This document shows, one piece after another, positions 12,601-20,300 of a stretch of DNA of 35,743 nt. The DNA is from Thermoanaerobaculia bacterium (GTDB taxonomy: Bacteria > Acidobacteriota > Thermoanaerobaculia > Multivoradales > UBA5704): contig DASUNJ010000528.1 in the NCBI GenBank assembly GCA_036277235.1, forward strand, positions 1 through 35,743, written 5' to 3'. A program made the translations under genes and the position numbers. Each line of letters begins with the position of its first letter. The first letter of the stretch is position 1. The notes under the pieces are model-generated. The model was not told the origin of the DNA, made no database searches, and worked only from the letters and a program-made list of their open reading frames with translations.

Positions 12601-14364
12601 CGCGAGGCGCGATGGCTGCGACGGCCGATCGGCGAGAGCGCGCTCCACCTGCTCCGCCAGGGCGGCGACGGTGCTCGCCTCGAACACCGCCGAGGGCGGC
12701 AGGCCGACTTCGAGCGCCGCCTGCACCCGCGCCTGGATCTGGGCTGCGAGCAGCGAATCGCCGCCCAGGTCGAGGAAGCTCTCGTCGATCCCCACCCGCC
12801 CGCGCCCGAGCGTTTCTTCCCAGATTCCGGCCAACAGCTCCTCGGTCGGATTGCGCGGAGCCTGCGCGTCCCCGTCGGCGCTTCCCATCGGCCCCGGCGG
12901 GAGCGCGCGCTGGGCGAGGGCCTGGCGATCCACCTTGCGGTTGGGGGTCAAGGGGAGCGCGGGGAGCTCCAGGAAGAGGGCCGGTACCATGTGCGCGGGC
13001 AGCCGCGAGCGCAGGAAGGCCCGCAGCCCGGCGCCGGAGGCCTCTCCCACAAACCAGGCCACCAGGCGCTTCTCGCCCGTGCCGTCTCCCCGCGCCACCA
13101 CCACCGCCTCGCGCACGCCTGGATGGGCGGCGAGGGCCACCTCGATCTCCCCCAGCTCGACGCGAAAGCCGCGCACCTTCACCTGGTGGTCGAGCCGGCC
13201 CAGGTATTCGATCCGGCCGTCGGGCAGGGCGCGCCCGACGTCGCCGGTGCGGTAAAGGCGCGCGCCGGGCGTCTCCGCCCCCGGGTCGGGCACGAAGCGC
13301 TCCGCCGTCAGCTCGGGCCGGCCGAGGTAGCCGCGGGCCAGGCCGGCGCCGCCGAGGCAGATCTCCCCGTCGAGGAGACGGACCCAGGTGCCGGCGACCG
13401 GCTTGCCGATGGTCGGCTCGCGCGGGCTCCCGCGCTCCACCACCTCGAAGGTCGAGTAGGTCGTGTCCTCCGACGGGCCGTAGAGGTTCAGCACCCGCTC
13501 CACCTGCTCGGCACCGGTCGCGTAGACCGCCTGGGCCAGGGAGCCCTTGAGCGGCTCACCCGCGAGATTGACCGTCCGCACCCCGGCCGGGAGGGTCCCG
13601 GCGCGCACCAGCTCGGTCATGGCCGAAGGGACGGTATTGACCAGGGTGACCTCCCCGGCCGCCGGGAGCTGGGGCAGCTCCAGGACGTCGCGGGCGAGGA
13701 CCACCCGGCCGCCGCAGGCCAGGGGCACGAACAGCTCGAAGATCGAGAGGTCGAAGGAGATCGAGGTCGAGGCCAGGACCGCCGCCAGCTCCGCCGGGGT
13801 GAACACCTCGTGCGCCCAATGGACGAAGGCCACGGCGCTGCGGTGCTCGATCGCCACGGCCTTGGGGCGGCCGGTGGAGCCCGAGGTGTAGATCAGGTAG
13901 GCGAGGTTGCCGGAGAGGGCGCGGACGGGCTCAGCTTCCTCCTCCGTCTCATCCGGCTCGGCATCGAGCAGCAGCACCCGCGCGTTGGAAGCAGGCAGGA
14001 GCGCGGCGAGAGCCGGCTCGGTGACCAGGACCGCGATGCCGGCGTCCTCCAGCATGTAGCCGAGGCGCTCCTGCGGATAGTCGGGATCGAGCGGCACGTA
14101 GGCGCCGCCCGCTTCGAGGATGCCCAGGAGGGTCGTCACCAGCGCCGGCGACCGGCGCAGAAAGACCCCGACCCGCACCTCCGGCCCGACGCCGAGCGCG
14201 GCCAGCCGCCGGGCCAGCCGGCCGGCTTCGAGGGCCACCTCGCGATAGGTGAGGCGTCTGTCGCCGGCCACCAGGGCCACGGCCGCCGGGGTCCGCGCGG
14301 TCTGAGCGGCCACGAGATCGTGCAGGCACGCCGCCGCCTCCCGGGCGTCAGGCCGGCTGGGCAA
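622..14364 (-). CDS. Non-ribosomal peptide synthetase with four modules plus an extra terminal C domain and a thioesterase: A-T-C-A-T-C-A-T-C-A-T-C-TE
   Basis: 4580-codon ORF. Motifs read from the translation:
- Four A domains: [60 protein letters not shown]; GFR(I/V)E(L/P)GE(I/V)E; (G/R)KVDR or GKLDH.
- Four carrier domains: LGGDSL, LGGHSL, LGGHSL, LGGYSL.
- Four C domains: [36 protein letters not shown].
- C-terminal thioesterase: GGWSLGG ... GDH.
Module length leaves no room for E or MT domains. The putative TTG start at 14364 is preceded by GAGAGGA and overlaps the upstream stop by 17 nt; the exact start codon is uncertain. By-eye Stachelhaus positions for A1 and A3 give D-L-F-N-N-A-L-T-Y-K, which I recall as an Ala code (tentative). 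A4 looks Leu-like (DAW..G.VVK) and A2 looks hydrophobic or aromatic (very tentative). Confidence 0.97.
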   Translation of the reverse strand: [4580 protein letters not shown]

Positions 14365-17300
14365 CGGAATCCTCTCGCAATTCGCAGGCGGCCCGCTCGC
14401 GCTCGATCTGCTCCATCAGGAGATCCTCTACCGTCATGGCGAGGTCGGCCACGGTGGTGTGCTCGATCAGGTCGAGCAGGGGAACCTCGACGTCGAAGTC
14501 CCTCTGCAACCGGCTCATCACCTGCGGCAGGAGCAGGGAGTGGCCGCCCAGCTCGAAGAAATCGTCGTTCGCCCCCACCCGGTCGACGCCGAGAACCTCG
14601 CACCAGATCGCCGCCACCCCCTCCTCGGCCGGCGAGGCGGGGGCCTCGTACTCGGCGGCGAGAGCCGGACGGGAAGCGTCCGGGGCGGGGAGGGCCCGGC
14701 GGTCGACCTTGCCGCTGCCGTTGATCGGCAGGGCGGGAAGGGTCAGGTAGAGGGCGGGCACCATGTGGTCGGGGAGGCGCTCCTTGAGGAAGGGGCGCAG
14801 GTCGCCGACCTCCGTTTCCCGGCCCGAGTGGGGCACGGCGTAGGCCACCAGGCGCAGCTCGCCCGGCCGGTCCTCGCGCGCCACGACCGCGACCTCGCGC
14901 AGCGCGGGGTGCAGCGCCAGCGCGGCCTCGATCTCTCCCAGCTCCACCCGGAAGCCGCGGATCTTCACCTGGCGGTCGGTGCGGCCCAGGAACTCCAGAT
15001 CGCCGGAAGGGAGCCAGCGCACCAGGTCGCCGGTGCGATAGAGGCGCGCGCCGGAAACGCCCGCCGCCGCGGCCCAGGGATCGGGGAGAAAGCGCTCGGC
15101 GGTCAGGTCGGGGCGGCCCAGATAGCCGCGCGCCACGCCCGCTCCACCCAGGCAGAGCTCGCCGGGCACGCCGACCGGCACCGGCTCCTGCCGCAGGTCG
15201 AGGACGTAGGCCCGGTAGCCTGCGAACGGCCGCCCGAGGGGCGCCTCGCGCATGCCGTCCGTGGAGCCGAGCCAGGGCGCGAGGTCGCCGATCGTGGCTC
15301 CGATGGTGCACTCGGTCGGGCCGTAGGTGTTCCACAAGTGCACCCGCGTGCCGAGATGCCGGCGCCAGGCCTCCAGCCGCTCCGGCAGGGGCCGCTCGCC
15401 GCCGATGATGACCCGCCGCAGGGCGGGGGGCCAGTCGATGTCCTCCGTCAGATCGGCCGCCAGCACGTGCCAGTAGGCGGTGGGCAGGGTGAGGAGGGTG
15501 ATCCCCCGCGCCCGGCAGGCGGCGAGGAAGTCGGCGCTCGACCGCATCATCGCGTCGCTGCGCAGCACCAGCGTGCCGCCCGTGGACAGGACCGGGTAGA
15601 TCTCCTCGGCGCTGTTGTCGAAGCTGATCGAGGCGAACTGCAGGACGCGGTCGGCGGGGCCGATGGCGTACTCCAGGCAATCGCCCGCGATGTAGCTCGC
15701 GAGCGATCCGTGCGACACCATCACGCCCTTGGGCTTGCCCGTCGAGCCGGAGGTGTAGATGACGTAGGCGAGCCTCTCGAAGTCGGGATCATCCGCCAGC
15801 GGGCCGTCGGGGCAGGCGGCGATCCGGTCGCGGTCCGCTTCCAGGCAGACGACGCGCACGCCGGAGAGCGCCTCCTCGCCGAAGGCGCCGAGCAGGCGCT
15901 GCTCGGTGACCAGGACCGGGACTCCGGAGTCGGCCACCAGGAAATCCAGGCGCTCGCGGGGGAGGGCGGGATCCATCGGCACGTAGGCGCCGCCCGCCTT
16001 GAGGATGGCGAAGAGGGCGGCGATCATCGCGGGCGAGCGCTCGAGGCTGAGGGCCACCGGCATCTCCGGCCTCACCCCCAGACGGCGCAGGTGGTGGGCG
16101 AGCCGGTTGGCCCGGCGGTCGAGCTCCTCGTAGGTGATCTCCTGCTCGCCCTGCTCTCCCGCCACCAGGGCCACGGCGCCGGGGGTCGTCCGGGCCTGCC
16201 GCGCGAAGGCGAGGTGGACCGGAAGCTCCGGGGTGACGGACTTTTCCGTCGACCACGAGAGCACCTGCGCGGCCGCCGCCGGGTCGGCGAGCGGCAGCTC
16301 GTCCAGGGTGCGTTCGGGCGCCGCGGCCACGCCGCCGAGCAGGACCTCGAGCTGGCCGAGCAGGCGCTCGATCGTCGCCTCCTCGAACAGCCGGGCGTTG
16401 TAGATCATGAGCGCCGCGATCCCTTCGTCTCCCGGCTCCAGGACCAGGCAGAGGTCGAAGATCTCCGTCGCCAGCTGGCTGTTGAGGCCGGCGCGCGAGG
16501 CCCGCAGGGTGAGGCCGGAGAACTCCAGCTGCGGCTCCGGCAGGTTCTGGACCTGGAACATCACCGAGAAGGGTTGCTGCCCGTGGCCCGGGTTCGTGGC
16601 CTGGAGCACGGTTTCGAGCGGCAGGTCCTGGTGGGCGTAGGCGCCGTTCGCCACCTCCCGCACCTGGCCCAGGAGCTCGCGGAACTCGCGGTCGCCAGCG
16701 GCCTGCGTGCGCAGCACCAGGGTGTTGAGGAAGAAACCGATCAGCCCTTCGATCTCGCTGTGGGTGCGGTTGGCGATGGGGACGCCGACCAGCAGGTCCT
16801 CTTCCCCGCTGTAGCGGTAGAGCAGGGTCTTCCAGGCGGCGAGAAGGAGCATGAAGAGAGTCGCCCCCTCGCGGTCGGCGAGGGCCTTGAGGTCCGCGGC
16901 GAGGGCGGCGGGCAGGAGGCGGGTGGCCCCGCCGGCGAGGAATCCCTGTCCGGACGACCGCGGCCGGTCGGTCGGGAGACGCAGGGGCGGCGGCGCTCCG
17001 GCGAGCTGCCCGCGCCAGTAGCCGAGCTCGTTCTCCAGCGTCGCGCCCTGGAGGTGCTCGCGCTGCCAGGCGGTGAAGTCGGCGTACTGGATGGGGAGCT
17101 CGGGCAGCGGCGAGGGGCGGCCGGCCGCGAACGCCTGGTAGAGGGCGGCGATCTCGCGCACCAGCACCACCCACGACCAGCCGTCGCCGATGGTGTGGTG
17201 CATGTTGAACAGGCCCACGTGCTCCCGCGGCCCGGCGACGAGCAGCGTCGCGCGGAAGATCGGCCCGCGCGCCAGATCGAACGGGCGATTGTGCGCCGCC

Positions 17301-20300
17301 GCCTCCAGCCGTGCCATTTCCGCCTGGCGCGCCGCGGCGGGCAACCCCGCCAGGTCGACGACGGGGAAGGGGAAGGGGGCGGGCGGCAGGATGCGCTGCT
17401 GCGGCATCCCCATCTCGGCCACGAACACGGTGCGCAGCGCTTCGTGGCGGCGCACGAGCTCGTCCAGGCAGCGGCCGAGGACCGGGATCGAGAGCGGGCC
17501 GCTCACTTCGACGCGGTTGAACAGGTTGTAGATCGGGGTCCCCGGGTCGAGCTGGTCGAGGAACCACATCCGCTCCTGGGAGAAGGAGAGCGGCGCGCGG
17601 TCCGCGGCCCCGTCCCGCCGCGGGATCCGTTGGCGGGGCTCCTCGTCGGCTGTTCCAGGAATCGCCCCGCTGGCGAGGGTCTCCCTGACGACCGTGGCCG
17701 CCTGGGCCAGCGTGACCGCCCCGAGGAGCGGCTGGAGCGGCAGCTCGGCCCGGAAGGTGTCGCGCAGCCGCGAGGCGACCTGGGTGGCGAGCAGCGAGTG
17801 GCCGCCCAACTCGTAGAAGTTGTCGTCCGCCCCCACTTCGGCCACGCCCAGCACGTCCTGCCAGACGTAGGCGATCTCCCGCTCATAGAGGTCGCGGGGA
17901 GCGACGTAACCGGTGCGCAGGGCGGGCCTTGCCTTGCGCGCAGGGGCCGCCGGCTGGCTGGTTGAGACGACCGCGGTGGCCCCGGGCGCATCGATCCAGT
18001 GGCGCCGGCGCTCGAAGGGATAGGTCGGCAGCGGCACCCGGCGGCGCCCCTGGCCGGCGTAGAAGCCCTGCCAGTCGATGCGCGCGCCGGAGACCCAGAG
18101 GCGGCCGAGCGCGCCGAGCAGGGCCGCCAGGTCGGAGCTGGTGTCCTTGGGCTGGCGCATGGCGGCGGCGACCGGGCGCTCTCCGGGGGAGGCCAGGTGC
18201 CAGCGGATCAGAGGGGAAAGGCCGGCGCCGGGGCCGACCTCCAGGAGGGCCATGCCGGGCTCGGCGCGCAGCGCCTCGACCCCGTCCGAGAAGCGCACCG
18301 GCTGGCGCATGTGGCGCGCCCAGTAGCCGGGATCGGTGACCTCCCCGGCGCCGATCCAGGTGCCGGTGGTGCTCGACACGAAGGGGATCTCGGGGGCCTT
18401 GGGCCCGACCGCCGCGACCCGCTCCTGGAAGGGCGCCATGGCCGGCTCGGTGCGCGGCGAATGGCCGGCGAAGGCGACCTGGAGGGGCATGGCGGCCACT
18501 CCCTCGCCGGCGAGGCGGGACGCAAGCTCCGCGAGCTCCGCGGCCGGGCCGGCGATGCTCACCAGCGAGGGCGCGTTGAGCGCCGCAAGATGGACCTCGC
18601 CGCTCAGGAAGGGGGTGATCTCCGACTCGGAGAGCGGCACTGCAAGCATGGTGCCCTCGCTGCCGATCTGCTCGATCAGGCGCCCGCGCTCGGCCACGAG
18701 CTCCAGGGCGGCCTCGAAGGAGAAGACGCCCGCCAGGACGGCCGCCGCGTATTCGCCGAGGCTGTGGCCGAGCATGGCCTTCGGCCGCACGCCCCAGGAG
18801 AGGAGCAGGCGCGCCAGGGCGACCTCGACGGCGAGCAGGGCCGGCTGGGCCACGGAGGTCCGCGCCAGATGGCTCGCGGCCTCGGCTTCGGCCTCGGCGT
18901 TGGCAGCCGGGTAGAGGACGTCGTGGCGCAGGTCGAGCCCCAGGCGCGGAGCGAGCAGGGCCGCGGCGCGGTCGATCTCGTCCCGGAAAGCCGGCTCGGA
19001 CTCGTACAGGTCGCGGCCCATGTTGACGTGCTGGGCCCCCTGGCCGGGGAAGACGAAAGCGACCGGCCGGCCGGACTCCGGCCAGTCCTCGGAGGTTCCG
19101 GTCAGGAGCCGCACCGGGTCGCCCGCGGCGAGGCAGGCCGCGGCGTCCCCCGGGTCGCGGGAGACCAGGGCCTGGCGGGCGCCGAAAGCCTGGCGGCCGG
19201 CGGCCAGGGTGTACGCGGCATCGGCCAGATCGAGCTCCGGTCGGTCGGCCAGGTGACTTGCCAGCCGCTCGCCAGCCGCCGCCAGGGCTTCCGGAGTGCG
19301 GGCCGAGAGGGTCAGGAGCTGCCAGGGCCGGGTGCGGAGAGCCGGCTGAGGGGCCGGGGCCTCTTCGAGGACGACATGGGCATTGGTGCCGCCGAGCCCG
19401 AAGGAGTTCACCCCGGCGCGGCGCGGCGCGTCCCCGGCCTGGTTGGGCCAGGGGGCGAGCGCGGTGTTGACGTAGACCGGGGAGGACGCGAAGTCGATCC
19501 GCGGGTTCGGCTGCTCGTAATGGAGGCTGGGCGGGACCTCGCCGTGCTCCACGGCGAGCACGGTCTTGATCAGCCCGGCCACGCCGGCCGCCACGTCCAG
19601 GTGGCCGACGTTGCTCTTCAGCGAGCCGATGGCGCAGAAGCCCCGGCGGTCGGTGTACTCGCCGAAGGCCCGGGTCACCGCCCGGATCTCGATCGGATCG
19701 CCGAGGGCCGTGCCGGTGCCATGGGCCTCGAGGTAGCCGATCGTCGTCGGATCGACCCCGGACATGGCCAGGGCCTCGCTGATCACCGCCGCCTGCCCCT
19801 CGACTCCCGGGGCCGTGAAGCCGACCTTCACGCTGCCGTCGTTGGTGACCGCCGAGCCCAGGATGACGGCGCGGACCGTGTCGCGGTCGGCGAGCGCATC
19901 CTCCAGGCGCTTGAGGACGACGAGCCCGACGCCGGAGCCGAAGATGCTCCCCTGGGCCGCGGCGTCGAAGGCCCGGCAGTGCCCGTCCGGCGAGACCACC
20001 GACCCCGGCACGTAGCGGTAGCCGAGACCGGCGTTCGCCTGGATCGAGACGCCGCCGGCCAGGGCGAGGTCGCACTCCTCGTTGAGCAGGGACTGGCAGG
20101 CGGTGTGAACGGCGACCAGAGAGGTCGAGCAGGCGCACTGCACGCTGTGGCTCGGCCCGCGCAGGTTGAGCTTGTAGGAGATCCGGGTGGCGAGCGCATC
20201 CGAGGCGTTGCCCAGGACCACCTGCAGAGGATCGGCGCCCGCGGTCAGCGGATTGCCGATCAGGTGGAAGAGGAGATAGGTCGAGAGCGTGGCCCCGGCG

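Noticed and set aside
622-14364. A search for epimerisation, methyltransferase or heterocyclisation domains in the large NRPS.
   Set aside because: Two modules span only about 2120 residues, leaving no space. Only one HHxxxDG motif occurs per inter-carrier interval, and no DxxxxD Cy motif or SAM-binding motif was seen.
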